Below are positions 50,731 through 64,000 of a stretch of 64,000 nucleotides of DNA, one piece after another; the first letter of the stretch is position 1; each line of letters starts with the position of its first letter. The notes beneath the pieces are model-generated. The model worked only from the letters and a program-made list of their open reading frames with translations, searched no databases and was not told the DNA's origin. Made by a program: the position numbers and the translations under genes. Origin of the DNA: Felis catus (lineage: Eukaryota); NCBI RefSeq assembly GCF_018350175.1, contig NC_058368.1, forward strand, positions 42,720,001 through 42,784,000, in the 5' to 3' direction.

Positions 50731-52299
50731 TGTGAGGATAATTTGATTTGAACAGTACAGGATGCTAACAAATGTGCCTTACTCTCAGAAGGTTATAAAG
50801 ATAGGCTAGATTTGGAAGGTGGAATGAAGAAGCAAGTGATAGGCCCCTGGTAGAAGTGGACTATAAGCTTGCTATCACTGAAATGTTCTAGTTTGATTCT
50901 GTGAATTTAGCCAGTCTTGACAAGCAGAATATGAGAGGCATTCTGAATTATCAAATTATGTTTTATGTCTCCTGTATCGGTCTTAGTCTCTGATATCCCA
51001 AGACAAGACAAATTTCAATCCAGAGATCTGATTAATGAATGTATCAAAGTGGTTATTAAGACATTGGAAATGAAATAGAAACTCAGTATTTTGAGATATT
51101 GAGCTAGAGACACATATATAGACAATGGTACAAAACTGTCTGCATTCACGACCAGTCCTTGAAAGTTCATATTAACAAATGTCAAACACAATAAATCAGC
51201 TATTCTTGGTCACTTTATATTTGATTCTTCTGTCACAATAGCTTTCTTCCTTGCTTCTGCAGATCAAATTGGGAAGTGACTGTCTGCAGTCATAATGCAA
51301 AAAATAGTCCACACTTTGATAGGTTCTTATTACTTATTAAATGTTTAATAGGCTGAAAGACTCACTCTAAGCTTTGTTTCATTTCCCTTGGTGAATATAG
51401 TATTACTTGTTAGGGGAAGAATACTTTCAGTTCTTGGAGAGTTTTATAAATAGTAGTGGGTAAAACTTCAAGATACTTATTATTTTCTCCTATTTAGCTT
51501 ACACTGAGTTGAATTTACAAGCATAATAACCTCAATGGGGAAAATTACTGAAGTTAAATAGAAAATAGAGGAGAGAAAAATCCTTATCTGCATACCTAAA
51601 ACTAAAGAATTAAAGAAATCTTTTTTTTTTTGATCAACACAATCTTCAATGTATTAAGAATAGAAAAAGGTCACTGGGCTCAACAAGCAACCCCCTGCTG
51701 TTTTCCTCATCGCTGGTTTCCTGTTCACTCTCTATACACTTGTTTCTTCTCTTTGTCTAATACATATTGACTTTCTTATTTCACAGACTCTGTGATATTT
51801 TGCAGCAAGGGTGATAACCCAGAAGATTTTCTTTCACTGCAAAACAAAGGGTCATTCCTCTGAAGATGTTTCATATATCCTGGTTTTTAAATGTTGTTTA
51901 GAAGCAGAAAAGATTCTGTAGCTTAATATACTTTTATATGAAATTTTCTTTCTTTAAAAACCCTAACACAAAGTATCTACAGTTTGGCCATATGCAGTGG
52001 ATATATACAGATATAGTTTACAGTTCCATATAGAATTAATGTTCATCCCATCTGAAACATCCATGTGCTTGAGTAAATGCATACTCACACACACACACAC
52101 ACACTCATACACACATACACAAAACACTAAACTTGGTTGTAGTGAAAGGCTATTTTAACAGGGTTCTGTTTTCTCACATTGAACCCTATAAACTCAGTAA
52201 AAATGGATTGGCCACTTATGAAACCGATGTTGCCTCTCTCCATGTCCAAGAAATATTGTGTGGGTTAATGTTCTTGTTTTACTTTTCTGAAAAACAAAT

Positions 52300-52418
52300 G
52301 TTTTCTTTTACTTACAGCACAGAGCCCAACACAGGGCTTGAACTCACCACTTTGAGATCAAGACCTGAGCTGAGATCATGATTCAGGTGCTTAACTGACT
52401 AAGCCACCCAGGAACCCC
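52300..52418 (-). mobile_element. Short or partial Can-SINE (tRNA-like head, no CT tract)
   Basis: cagcacagagccc...gcttgaactcac...gcttaactgactaagccacccaggaacccc. Confidence 0.8.
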
Positions 52419-52922
52419 TTCTCATTCATTGTGTGCAACATCACTGATTTCTACTATTCCCTATGTTCCTTATTTTATAAAATATACATCAAAACCACTT
52501 TAATGTCTTCCCCTTTATATTGAGGGCACTGAAAAAAATATGTAGGAACAGGGAGTATATTCTTTCAGATATATTATATATTTCTCATACAAGAACCTTC
52601 TACTTAGGAGAATGTACACCTTTTTTCTGAACCACCCACTGCTGAACTAGAAGACTGAAAAATGGATAAGTTTGTCCTCTCCATTCTTCTTCACTCAAAC
52701 TCCTGTCTCCTTCAGCTTCTCCTAAAGTTCAAGCATTTAAAAGTTTCTGGGAGCTGACTCACCTTAGAAATGAACATTCAGAATACTTAGTCCATTCCAT
52801 CTAATTTTATACTACTTAAAAATTTTGGCTGCCAATGCCAGAGGGCATACAATGGGTACTCTTTTTCTCTCTAGATCTCTTCCAAATGTGTGTGAGTTTG
52901 TATTTAATCTTAGGATGCCCTT

Positions 52923-53019
52923 GAGTTGCCAGATTTAGCAAACAAAGCAATGAACAGAGCATCTACTTCCATTGCAATTTCAGATCAACGATGGGTATTT
53001 GGTTAGATGTTGGCCACCT
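52923..53019. mobile_element. MER53-like hAT MITE fragment
   Basis: gagttgccagatttagcaaa ... aatttcagat. Confidence 0.5.
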
Positions 53020-53394
53020 TTTATTTATTTATTTATTTATTTATTTACATCCAAGTTAGTTAGCATATAGTGCTACAATGATTTCAGGAGTGGATTCCTT
53101 AGTGCCCCTTACCCATTTAGCCTGTCCCTCCTCCGACAATGCCTCCAGCAATCCTCTGTTTGTTCTCCATATTTAAGAGTCACTTATGTTTTGTTCCCCT
53201 CTCTGTTTTTATATTATTTTTGCTTCCCTTCCCTTATGTTCATCTGTTTTGTATCTTAAAGTCCTCATATGAGTGAAGTCATATGATATTTGTCTTTCTC
53301 TGACTAATTTCGCTTAGCATAACACCCTCTAGTTCCATCCATGTAGTTGCAAATGGCACGATTTCATTCATTTTTTTTTGCTGAGCAATACTCC

Positions 53395-53441
<47 letters not shown>

Positions 53442-54365
53442 TCTTTATCTGTTCATCCATCAATGGACATTTGGGATCTTTCCATATTTTGGCTATTGTT
53501 GATAGTGCTGCTAGAAACATGGGGGTGCATGTGCCCCTTTGAAATAGCACATCTGTATCCCTTGGATAAATACCTAGTAGTGCAATTGCTGGGTCGTAGG
53601 GTAGTTCTATTTTAATTTTTTGAAGAACCTCCATACTATTTTCCAGAGTGGCTGCACCAGTGTTCAGTCCCACCAGCAGTGCAAAAGAGATCCTCTTCCT
53701 CTGCATCCTCACCAACATCTGTTGTTGCCTGAGTTGTTAATGTTAGTCATTCTGACAGGTGTGAGGTGGTATCTCATTGTGGTTTTGATTTGTATTTCCC
53801 TGATGACGAGTGATGTTGAGCATTTTTTCATGTGTCAGTTGGCCATCTGGATGTCTTCTTTGGAGAAGCGTCTATTCATGTCTTTTGTCCATTTCTTCAC
53901 TGGATTATTTGGTTTTTGGGTGTTGAGCTTGTTAAGTTCTTTATATATTTTGGATACTAACCCTTTATCTGATATGTCATTTGCAAATATCTTCCCCCAT
54001 TCTGTTGGTTGCTTTTTAATTTTGCTGATTGTTTCCTTTGCTGAGCAGAAGCTTTTTATTTTGATGAGGTCCCAATAGTACATTTTTGCTTTTGTTTCTC
54101 TTGCCTCTGGAGACGTATTGAATAAGAAGTTGCTGCGGCCAAGATCAAAGAGATTTTTGCCTCCTTTCTCCTCGAGGATTTTGATGACTTCCTGTCTTAC
54201 GTTTCGGTCTTTCATCCATTTTGAGTTTATTTTTGTGTATGGTGTAAGAAAGTGGTCCAGGTTCATTTTTCTGCATGTTGCTGTCTAGTTTTCCCAGCAC
54301 CACTTGCTGAAGAGACTGTCTTTATTCCATTGGATAGTCTTTCCTGCTTTGTCAAAGATTAGTTG
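53020..54365 (-). mobile_element. 5'-truncated carnivore L1 (ORF2 3' end plus 3' UTR, disrupted)
   Basis: ORFs 53835-54266 ([17 protein letters not shown]...) and 53368-53718; (ATTT)n tail; imperfect TSD tggcca..ctt. Confidence 0.93.
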
Positions 54366-54379
54366 CTGGCCAATCTTCT

Positions 54380-54680
54380 TGACCATTCTTGCTAATAATG
54401 TGCAAGCAAGTGGGAAGGAAAGGGTAGAGATGCCATACCAGCTGGATCTTTTTATTTGTATTTCGTTAGAGAACAAAGGTTTTTTTAGATACGTCCCTCT
54501 GCTAGCCAGATTTCACTTAGGTCCACCAAATGTAACTGCATTTTTTGGCCATCCATAGCTGCCAGGAAGCTGAGAATTGAGTGCTGATTTTTATTCTCTC
54601 AGGCCTTATATTAGGAGCCAACAAGGGAGCCTGGAGCTGGGAAAGGGTGTTAAGTAAGCCAATTACACTCTCTGGAACAC
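54380..54680. mobile_element. Old MaLR (MLT1-like) LTR remnant
   Basis: ggccatccatagctgc.aggaagctgagaa, gggtgtt.agtaagcca. Confidence 0.4.
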
Positions 54681-57087
54681 CAAACAAATTAGGTTTAAGG
54701 ACAGGAAATTAAAAATGTTTAGCACAAAGAAACTCATAAAATCTACCCTTCATAGACTCTTCTTGTTGAAAAAAATTACTTGATGATAAACACATATACT
54801 AATGAAAGTTTAAATATGTATGTGTGTGTGTGTGTGTGTGCGGGCGTGCACACACAAAGCAGGAAGCCATTAAATTAAAGAAACAGTGCACTAAACCCAG
54901 GAGTAAAATTTTTTTCAAGTGCTGAATTTTAAAGAGGTAGCAAGAAACAAGAGAAATCTATAAAACATCTCCAAAAAGGTGTTACACTGCAATTCAAGGA
55001 AAGTTAAAATTTTGTGAGGACATTTTCCCCCTATAAGCAGGATGAAAGTTAATCTATAATTCTAACAAAAAGAAAAATCTATTTTAAAAAAGCCTTATCT
55101 ATCTATGCCAAAAAATGCAGTATGATTTTAAAGCAATTGACAGAAATTTAACTGATATACTTTTATGTTGTTGTTTTTGTTAATGGGTTCAGTCATAGTA
55201 CTTGATCCTGAAGAAGAAAGCAGTTACTTAAGCATGCTATTATGATTTTGTATATGGCTTTTTAATTTGTTTAATCAACATATAGAAAAAAGGCAGCAGA
55301 CTGACTTGTAGTTTGGGAATGTAAATATTGTAAACATACATAGTGTAAAAAACAACACAATGAACAGTAATTGAGAGGAGACAGTAGGAGAGATGAGTCA
55401 GATATCAAATTTCAATAAATCCTATCTATAATTAATAGAGTAAGAATTGGTTTTATGAATGTGTACCCAGGTAAAGGGTACTAATGAACAGTAACAAAAA
55501 TTGGGAGGCGATAGCAAAGAAAATTTTTAAAAGATAAACAAATTCTCTAATATTTTCCTTCCTTGTGTTGGGGAACCAATAAACCCTGTCTAAGGCAATG
55601 AAATAAGATGAGGTACAAACATTATATTTTGATATTTTCTTGAGAACCACAAAATGATCCCAAAGCATAGTAATTAAAGTTGGCGATCTCAAAGAGACTC
55701 TAGGTATTTTATCACTGACAATGAATGGCCTCCTTTCAATCTTACAATTTAAGCATTCTACTTCATTAAAGTTTTAATGATACCAATCGAAAGTATCATT
55801 AGTTTAAAACCTTAAGAAAAAAGTTGTAAATTAAACTATCATTCAGTAAATTACTATAATTTGAAACCATAATTTTATACTTTTTAAAAGAGGTCTGTCA
55901 GACTTACATAGAGTTTTTTTTATCTCAAATCACCTTGGTGAATAAATGAATGGGAAATAGAAGTGAAATAAATTGGATAAGGTATTTTTTAAAGTTCTTT
56001 ACATGAGGAGTCAGAACTACTGTTCATCTGTTTTATTAATGTCCCTATTTTTGTCTCCCATAATATTTGTCTCCTGGACCATTAAGATAGTTGATGATAG
56101 ATAATTTTTTCAGGCTGCTCTGCATTGTCTCCAGAATTTTCTTCTATGATATGGATGCCAATTCTACAAGACTTGTTGCTGCTGCTTTATCATACTAGAA
56201 TGTGTCTGTGGAAGGTTTTCAAAATATAAACAGAACTCATATTCCTTCCCCAGATGGTTCTTAAATAGTTTGAGATGAAAATGTCGACATTTCAGTTGTA
56301 TTATCATGCCGCAAGTAACAATGATGTGTGTGCATGCACGGATAGTGATGAGTTTGTTGTGAACGCCGTCTGCCTGACAAAAATTATAGAATGCCATCAA
56401 TCATAAGATGCATCTTGATTTCAAACGTGTTAAAGTATGAAAAAAAGTAAGTTATAATGAATGAAATGCAATACTTTATCTACCATAGGACTTTCCTGCT
56501 ACTGACTGACATGGCCATCAAATACTGCCTTCCCAGATATTTCATGTTGACTAGGATACATGAGTTTCTATGCCTCATTTCAATTCATGTCAACTACCTA
56601 AATTTTTCAATGAATATTTAAAAAATTTCTTTACTCTGTCTCTGAGTATATATAGCATAACTATATATACTATCTATATAGTATATATATATATTTATAA
56701 TTTTCATTTCATATATGTTATATATAATATATATTATATGGTATATATCATATATGCTATTATATATAGCATAAATTATAATTTTCATTTTTCCTGTTAT
56801 GTTATTTATTATGGGTAAGGAAGAATATATAAAATGTGACTGAAGAGTATAAGAAGTAGTGATTGATATAATTGGCTTAGCAAAATTGGGCTGCATACAT
56901 CCTAATTCCTTAGATAAAGGGGAGGCTTGGGTGCTAATTGGCCAGTGCAACCATGTACCATTGCACTTTGGACCATGTGCTAGTCTAGGCACTTGTAAGG
57001 ATTTTACGACTATTTAGGACAAAGCCCCTCTTTTTTAATTTATAGAAAGGCAAATAACTTTGCCTTGTGGTGGGTAAAGTTCTAGAC

Positions 57088-57383
57088 CAGTACAATCCAA
57101 TAGAAATATAATAATTTTAACTACATATGTAATTTAACATTTTCTAGTATCGATACTTATAAAAAAGAAGAAACAAATGAATTGTAATAATATATTTTGA
57201 TCTAAGTATTAACAAAATATATTATTTAACATGCAATAGATATAAAACATTAATGAAATACTTTACATATTTTTGGTACTAAGTCTTCAAAATCTAGTAT
57301 GTGTTTTGTACTTACAACACATCTCAATTTGGACTAGTGCTTCTAGACAAATGTGACCAGAGGTTGACATGTCGACAGCACAG
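57088..57383 (+). mobile_element. MER33-like hAT-Charlie MITE
   Basis: tccaatagaaatataat, tactaagtcttcaaaatct.gt.tgt.tttt.tacttaca.cacatctcaatttggactag, end gacagcacag; 8-bp TSD ttctagac / ctctagat. Confidence 0.85.
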
Positions 57384-57789
57384 CTCTAGATTGTAAATGA
57401 CAGTGCAGTTCTAGACTATAGATGTCAATGTTTTTGAAGTACTTGTATCCATTGCTTCAATTTAGATCTGCCTGCCATGGACAGACATATGTGTCCAAGG
57501 TGCTATGATTTCCCCAGCAGCAGCGGTCATCCAAGTACTGATGTGTATATGAACAGGGAGGAAAGACGTCAAGACTGAGGGATGGCATAGGACTCACATT
57601 GTGAGAGACAGATGAGAAGAAACTTCAAAAAGGCCTATTCACTATTAGAATGTCGGTAGAGGCAGGAGCCCGGGAGAGTAAGTCTTTTGTGAGTGAGATC
57701 TGTCTCGCGTTTTAGTTTCTGTTTTCAGGCCTGCATTTTCAGAAAGAGATCTCCCATTTTGCTTTTTCTTGTGACATCTTTCCCCTGCT

Positions 57790-57830
57790 TCTCTGTCTCT
57801 CTGTCTCTCTCTCCGTGTGTCTGTCCTCTC

Positions 57831-57869
<39 letters not shown>
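57790..57869. repeat. (CT)n microsatellite
   Basis: Pure run at ~57834-57869. Confidence 0.9.
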
Positions 57870-57873
<4 letters not shown>

Positions 57874-58795
57874 CCTATCTCTATTTCTGTTTTCCCCTTT
57901 CATCTCCAAAATTTTTATATCAAACTTGATTCGTCACCTATACTATTTTACTCTTTGCCTTTCTTTTCCTTCTCTTTGCTCTCCCAGTGTGTGTCTTTTC
58001 TCTGATTCTTCTGTCTTGGGACATAAAATCCATTCACTGTTGATCCATCGTGGGGCAATAATGCTTTTTCCCTTTGATATTAATACATCCACATGCTCAA
58101 GCACGAACTGCACACTCTATTACTACTGCCTAGCCCTGTGCTTTTGCAGAACATCAGCTACTTGCCACGGGTTTGTGGTGTTTAATGCTTGCTTATAATT
58201 TATACTCCACATAATTTCTTAAATTTTATCTGACTCTCTTTCAGCAGGATGGCTTCAGCATTCTGAGCTGTATTCCTCAAGCTGTGTTGTGCTCTGGTAA
58301 ATACTCACAAATCTTTATTATTGCCATATGTTTGGAATGAAAGATTAAAGAGTTATTAGTTTCTTGTTGTCTAAAGCAGTCTGTTTTTGTTTTTTAAACA
58401 TAATCAGAGTTTTTTAAAGTTAACATTTAAAAATAAGAATAAGCTACTTGATAAACCTATTTAGCCAGTTAATGAAGACATCATTTATGGATTTGGATGT
58501 AAAAGTTTTAAAAAACACCTTTGTTAGAAATTGTTAATATAAACTTCAATTTAAGAAAAAAAATTATACGGTCTTGATTTAATTGTATATTTGGCATTAT
58601 TAAACAGTATGAGGTTTAAGAAAGTAAAATAGAAATCTATAAACAGGCATTAAAAATGAAAAATTATAAAAGACCAAGAAGGATTTTATTTTCAAAAAAG
58701 ATTCTAGAGAAAAGCAGATACATAATTCTACATGCTAAATTTATTGCATTCTTATGTGTCCAGTATTAAGCATGAACATCTAGAAACATATTTAA

Positions 58796-59018
58796 AGTTT
58801 TTTAAAGGAAATATTTATTTATTTTGAGAAAGACAGGAGACAGAGAGAGTGAACAAGCAGGGAGGTGCTTTGAGAGAGAGGGAGAGAGAGAATCCCAAGC
58901 AGACTCCATGTTGTCAGCACAGAGCATGACATGGGGCTTAGCCTCACAAACCGTGAGATCATGACCTGAGTTGAAATCAAGAGTCCTACACTTAACCGAC
59001 TGAGCTTCCCAAGTGTCT
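58796..59018 (-). mobile_element. Can-SINE (older)
   Basis: TSD aaacatatttaa at 58784-58795 and 59027-59038. Confidence 0.9.
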
Positions 59019-59181
59019 GAATCGAAAAACATATTTAATATTTATAGGAACTTAATGAAATTTATTTCCATTTTTTTTTTACCAATGAGGAAATTAAGGT
59101 ACAAAGAAATGATTCAGCAAGAAAGTAGCAGAACCAGGATTCAATCAACAGATGTGTACATGTATTCAGAGATGATTTTCT

Positions 59182-61502
59182 TTTTTTTTTTTAATATGAA
59201 ATTTATTGACAAATTGGTTTCCATACAACACCCAGTGCTCAACCCAAAAGGTGCCCTCCTCAGTACCCATCACCCACCCTCCCCTCCCTCCCACCCCCCA
59301 TCAACCCTCAGTTTGTTCTTAGTTTTTAAGAGTCTCTTATGCTTTGGATATCTCCCACTCTAACCTCTTTTTTTTTTTCCTTCCCCTCCCCCATGGGTTC
59401 CTGTTAAGTTTCTCAGGATCCACATAAGAGTGAAACCATATGGTATCTGTCTTTCTCTGTATGGCTTATTTCACTTAGCATCACACTCTCCAGTTCCATC
59501 CACGTTGCTACAAATGGCCATATTTCATTTTTTCTCATTGCCACGTAGTATTCCATTGTGTATATAAACCACAATTTCTTTATCCATTCATCAGTTGATG
59601 GACATTTAGGCTCTTTCCACAATTTGGCTATTGTTGAGAGTGCTGCTATGAACATTGGGGTACAAGTGCCCCTATGCATCAGTACTCCTGTATCCCTTGG
59701 ATAAATTCCTAGCAATGCTATTGCTGGGTCATAGGGTAGGTCTATTTTTAATTTTCTGAGGATCCTCCACACTGCTTTCCAGAGCGGCTGCACCAATTTG
59801 CATTCCCACCAACAGTGCAAGAGGGTTCCCGTTTCTCCACATCCTCTCCAGCATCTATAGTCTCCTGATTTGTTCATTTTGGCCACTCTGACTGGCATGA
59901 GGTGATACCTGAGTGTGGTTCTGATTTGTATTTCCCTGATAAGGAGCGACGCTGAACATCTTTTCATGTGCCTGTTGGCCATCCGGATGTTTTCTTTAGA
60001 GAAGTGCCTATTCATGTTTTCTGCCCATTTCTTCACTGGGTTATTTGTTTTTCGGGTGTGGAGTTTGGTGAGCTCTTTATAGATTTTGGATACTAGCCCT
60101 TTGTCCAATATGTCATTTGCGAATATCTTTTCCCATTCCGTTGGTTGCCTTTTAGTTTTGTTGGTTGTTTCCTTTGCTGTGCAGAAGCTTTTTATCTTCA
60201 TAAGGTCCCAGTAATTCACTTTTGCTTTTAATTCCCTTGCCTTTGGGGATGTGTCGAGTAAGAGATTGCTACGGCTGAGGTCAGAGAGGTCTTTTCCTGC
60301 TTTCTCCTCTAAGGTTTTGATGGTTTCCTGTCTCACATTTAGGTCCTTTATCCATTTTGAGTTTATTTTTGTGAATGGTGTGAGAAAGTGGTCTAGTTTC
60401 AACTTTCTGCATGTTGCTGTCCAGTTCTCCCAGCACCATTTGTTAAAGAGGCTGTCTTTTTTCCATTGGATGTTCTTTCCTGCTTTGTCAAAGATGAGTT
60501 GGCCATACGTTTGTGGGTCTAGTTCTGGAGTTTCTATTCTATTCCATTGGTCTATGTGTCTGTTTTTGTGCCAATACCATGCTGTCTTGATGATGACAGC
60601 TTTGTAGTAGAGGCTAAAGTCTGGGATTGTGATGCCTCCTGCTTTGGTCTTCTTCTTCAAAATTACTTTGGCTATTCGGGGCCTTTTGTGGTTCCATATG
60701 AATTTTAGGATTGCTTGTTCTAGTTTCGAGAAGAATGCTGGTGCAATTTTGATTGGGATTGCATTGAATGTGTAGATAGCTTTGGGTAGTATTGACATTT
60801 TGACAATATTTATTCTTCCAATCCATGAGCAGGGAATGTTTTTCCATTTCTTTAAATCTTCTTCAATTACCTTCATAAGCTTTCTATAGTTTTCAGCATA
60901 CAGATCCTTTACATCTTTGGTTAGATTTATTCCTAGGTATTTTATGCTTCTTGGTGCAATTGTGAATGGGATCAGTTTCTTTATTTGTCTTTCTGTTGCT
61001 TCATTGTTAGTGTATAAGAATGCAACTGATTTCTGTACATTGATTTTGTATCCTGCAACTTTGCTGAATTCCTGTATCAGTTCTAGCAGACTTTTGGTGG
61101 AGTCTATCTGATTTTCCATGTATAATATCATGTCATCTGCAAAAAGCGAAAGTTTGACTTCATCTTTGCCAATTTTGATGCCTTTGATTTCCTTTTGTTG
61201 TCTGATTGCTGATGCTAGAACTTCCAGCACTATGTTAAACAGCAGCGGTGAGAGTGGGCATCCCTGTCGTGTTCCTGATCTCAGGGAAAAAGCTCTCAGT
61301 TTTTCCCTGTTGAGGATGATGTTAGCTGTGGGCTTTTCATAAATGGCTTTTATGATCTTTAAGTATGTTCCTTCTATCCCGACTTTCTCAAGGGTTTTTA
61401 TTAAGAAAGGGTGCTGGATTTTGTCAAAGGCCTTTTCTGCATCGATTGACAGGATCATATGGTTCTTCTCTTTTTTTTTTTAATGTGATGTATCACGTTG
61501 AT
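59182..61502 (-). mobile_element. Young 5'-truncated felid L1 (~2.3 kb)
   Basis: Homopolymer tail at 59181-59192, G-rich 3' UTR, open ORF2; TSD tgattttct at 59173-59181 and 61503-61511. Confidence 0.97.
59413..61458 (-). CDS. ORF2: L1 ORF2p C-terminal 681 aa (most of the RT domain plus CCHC zinc knuckle; no endonuclease domain, no promoter)
   Basis: [40 protein letters not shown] and [18 protein letters not shown] without stops; probably not expressed. Confidence 0.9.
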   Translation of the reverse strand: MILSIDAEKAFDKIQHPFLIKTLEKVGIEGTYLKIIKAIYEKPTANIILNREKLRAFSLRSGTRQGCPLSPLLFNIVLEVLASAIRQQKEIKGIKIGKDEVKLSLFADDMILYMENQIDSTKSLLELIQEFSKVAGYKINVQKSVAFLYTNNEATERQIKKLIPFTIAPRSIKYLGINLTKDVKDLYAENYRKLMKVIEEDLKKWKNIPCSWIGRINIVKMSILPKAIYTFNAIPIKIAPAFFSKLEQAILKFIWNHKRPRIAKVILKKKTKAGGITIPDFSLYYKAVIIKTAWYWHKNRHIDQWNRIETPELDPQTYGQLIFDKAGKNIQWKKDSLFNKWCWENWTATCRKLKLDHFLTPFTKINSKWIKDLNVRQETIKTLEEKAGKDLSDLSRSNLLLDTSPKARELKAKVNYWDLMKIKSFCTAKETTNKTKRQPTEWEKIFANDILDKGLVSKIYKELTKLHTRKTNNPVKKWAENMNRHFSKENIRMANRHMKRCSASLLIREIQIRTTLRYHLMPVRVAKMNKSGDYRCWRGCGETGTLLHCWWECKLVQPLWKAVWRILRKLKIDLPYDPAIALLGIYPRDTGVLMHRGTCTPMFIAALSTIAKLWKEPKCPSTDEWIKKLWFIYTMEYYVAMRKNEIWPFVATWMELESVMLSEISHTEKDRYHMVSLLCGS

Positions 61503-61659
61503 TGATTTTCTAAAAAGTTGTATCATACCACTTCTCATAAGATCTATAAATCTTAGTAGAATGAGGACAATAAGAAATTATTACATAAGAATTTTTTATT
61601 AGAATAATAGGATTGATTACTATGAGTCTTAGCATTCAATGTACCTTATAGTTATAGAA

Positions 61660-62080
61660 CACTCAATTTTTAGCCTGGTACAAGGTTGCCTGGAATGAAG
61701 ACTATCTTTCCCAGAATCCTCAAACCCAGATGTGGCATGTGACTAATTTCTGGCCAATGTTATATAAGTAAATTTTTTTTTTCTGCAGGGTTTTGCCCTT
61801 AAAGTTTGGCCACATCATACATGACCTTTTCCTTTCCCCTATCCCAATATGTAGATTGCACACTTGGTGTTGAGTCATTTTAAATTGTAAAGTCAGGTCA
61901 CCCAGAGAGGGATGTTATATAAGAAAAGAGAAAGCACCTCAACCATAGATAAATTCATGTGTCACAGTCTCCATATCAACCTGAATCTACATTGAAAAGA
62001 AAGAAACTCCAATTTTCTTGAACCCCTGTTATTCTACGTCTCTGTTAGTGCAGTGTAACCAATTCCCTGACCAATGTAAG
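61660..62080 (+). mobile_element. Old MaLR (MLT1H/I-like) LTR remnant
   Basis: gactatctttcccag..tcct, tgtggcatgtgactaa.ttctggccaatg, cttgaacccctgttatt....gtctctgtta. Confidence 0.55.
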
Positions 62081-63817
62081 TGAGTTGAATTCACTGTAGT
62101 TCTTGCATCAGTTATCACCAGTTTCCCTTCTACCTGTCCCTCACCTTTTCTCTAGGTGTTCACTAAAACATCTGAAGGACGAAAGAGAGCAGAGCAGGTA
62201 GTATTACATGTTTACTATAAGTTTATTCAAGATCTTTATATCCAGCATTCGTTACCCTGCTGATAAACTACACTGTGCATCTATTACATGCACACACATA
62301 TATACACGTGTACATACACTGTTTTATTACTATACGTCTTCAGAGATAGGGAAACAGTTCTGCACACACATAAAAAACATGTGTCTCTGATGTGAGATGT
62401 ATAGGTGACAACGTTTTCAGGACTATAATAGCCTAGTGAAACTTCTTGTTGGAAAATATGACCTAACTTGATTTATTCCAATTGACTGAGACAGTAACCA
62501 AAGAGTATCTTAGTTCGCAGAATTCTTTGAATGAAATGATTTAGTAGGTTCTCTTAGAATTTGAAGGATTTGGGCTTCTCATGCCTCTAAGTGATATTAG
62601 AAGTACCAATTAAGTTGGTGCTCCAGCTCTCAGGTTTTTCTCACTATTCCCTGAAAAACGATGGGACTGGGAAAACAATGTCATTATAGTTTGTTTTAAA
62701 GGTTTCATTTTTTTTTACCTTAGACAAACTATGTACATAGAGTCAAACCGTACTGTTTGAAATAACTTGACACTGCATGTATTAAGCTAAATGGAAGGCA
62801 ATGTGAGTACACTGAAACTGATTTAGTATGCAATATTTATCTGTGGGAGACAGAAACACAATTCAATTCAGGCTGATTCATCCTCCAATTTCTGTGCACA
62901 GAATCCCACAGGAGGTCATCTACCATCATTTTATACCTATTTGGTATGCTCGAATACATCAGGCAGTAATAGAGTAAACCCCGCAAGCATGGGTGGCAGG
63001 GTAACGGGCTCTTCCCCATGCAGCCATCGTGCGGAGCTTAAGTTTTGTTTTTTCCCCTCATCCACTTTGTGAGCATGAAATTACTGTAATTGTTTTTGAA
63101 AAACTTTTATGTTTTCACTGTATCCATCAACCTAGGAGGTCTTTCCATGCTGTGTACTGTTTCTGTCTCATGATGAATATTATTTTAGAATTTGAAGCTG
63201 ATGTTACTTTTATTTATTTATCTAGTTTGGTTAACCCTCTTTTCACAACCCATTGATAAGTCATGCCTTTCTTCTAACTCTCTTTTCTTCTAGATTACAT
63301 TGTTTGCTCTCCAGATGTAAACACTATTGTTTTCTTCATATATTTTTCCAAATGCAACTTTTTACACCCAGATTTACTAGGAATTTGTATACTGGTAGGA
63401 GTAGTGTCTGAGAAGAGAATTTTGAGCATTGAGTATATTTAACTAAGTGTATTTCTTTACCTGTTACTCCCTCTTCACTGAGTTCCTATGAATTTTATTA
63501 GTATAGTGCCATTATTTTTAGTAGTATCTGCTGTGGTTAAAAAAAAATAACCATCAAAGTTTGACAATGCTCTTAGAATATCCATTTTTTAAAAATATAC
63601 ACACATGTATAGAACATGAAGACTGGCAAAAAAAAAATCAAAGAATTTATTTTTCTAAATGTATACACTAGAACTTCTGTATCCAAATGATAATTCTTCA
63701 AAGTAGTAATTTTGGAAGGTTTTCACTTCAGTAACATTATCAATGTTTAAAACTTTTATGGAATAATTCTTATTAATATTCTAAGTTATTGTGAAAGTTT
63801 TACAAAATGACCACTTT

Positions 63818-64000
63818 TATCAACAGACGCATGGAAAAATTTTTTATCACCATTTACCATCAGGGAAATACAAATCAAACTACAATAAGATAATACCACA
63901 TACCTGTCAGAATGGCTAAAATCAACAACACAAGAAACAACAGATGTTGGCAAGGATGTGGAGAAAATGAACACTTGTGCACTGTTGGTGGGAATGCAAA
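63818..64000 (+). mobile_element. L1 ORF2 3' fragment running off the window end
   Basis: catcagggaaatacaaatcaaa, cctgtcagaatggctaaaatcaac, tgttggcaaggatgtggagaaa, cactgttggtgggaatgcaaa. Confidence 0.9.

Noticed and set aside
53620..54078. Long antisense ORFs over L1 (also 15598, 16474, 60251, 60917, 61118)
   Set aside because: Off-strand shadow frames of L1 ORF2 sequence
56618..56992. 124-aa ORF
   Set aside because: Mostly AT-rich low-complexity (I/Y) sequence
1..64000. Non-retroviral endogenous viral element, numt or processed pseudogene
   Set aside because: None recognised by eye in the ORF track or sequence; a highly decayed one cannot be excluded without tBLASTn

Overview
AT-rich, gene-poor mammalian DNA from a cat-family genome (inferred from felid-type tRNA-derived Can-SINEs and carnivore L1). 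I find no host protein-coding exon, no true RNA gene and no CRISPR array. The window is a retrotransposon fossil record: about 17 Can-SINEs, six L1 pieces, a decayed ERV-L pol (RNase H/integrase) fragment at the left edge, several solo LTRs, old DNA-transposon MITEs, L2/MIR remnants and many microsatellites. One L1 is a young 5'-truncated copy with an uninterrupted 681-codon ORF2 3' half, and one is a twin-priming inversion. The most unusual features are: (i) a 50-bp fold-back array inside an LTR that interlocks four STAT GAS motifs with two perfect p53 half-sites; (ii) single L1-endonuclease target sites re-used serially by 2-3 retro-insertions; (iii) a G-rich minisatellite born from a MER20-like terminus. 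I do not see evidence of a new multi-gene system. Repeat family names are from recall and need RepeatMasker/Dfam confirmation, and boundaries of old repeats are approximate.
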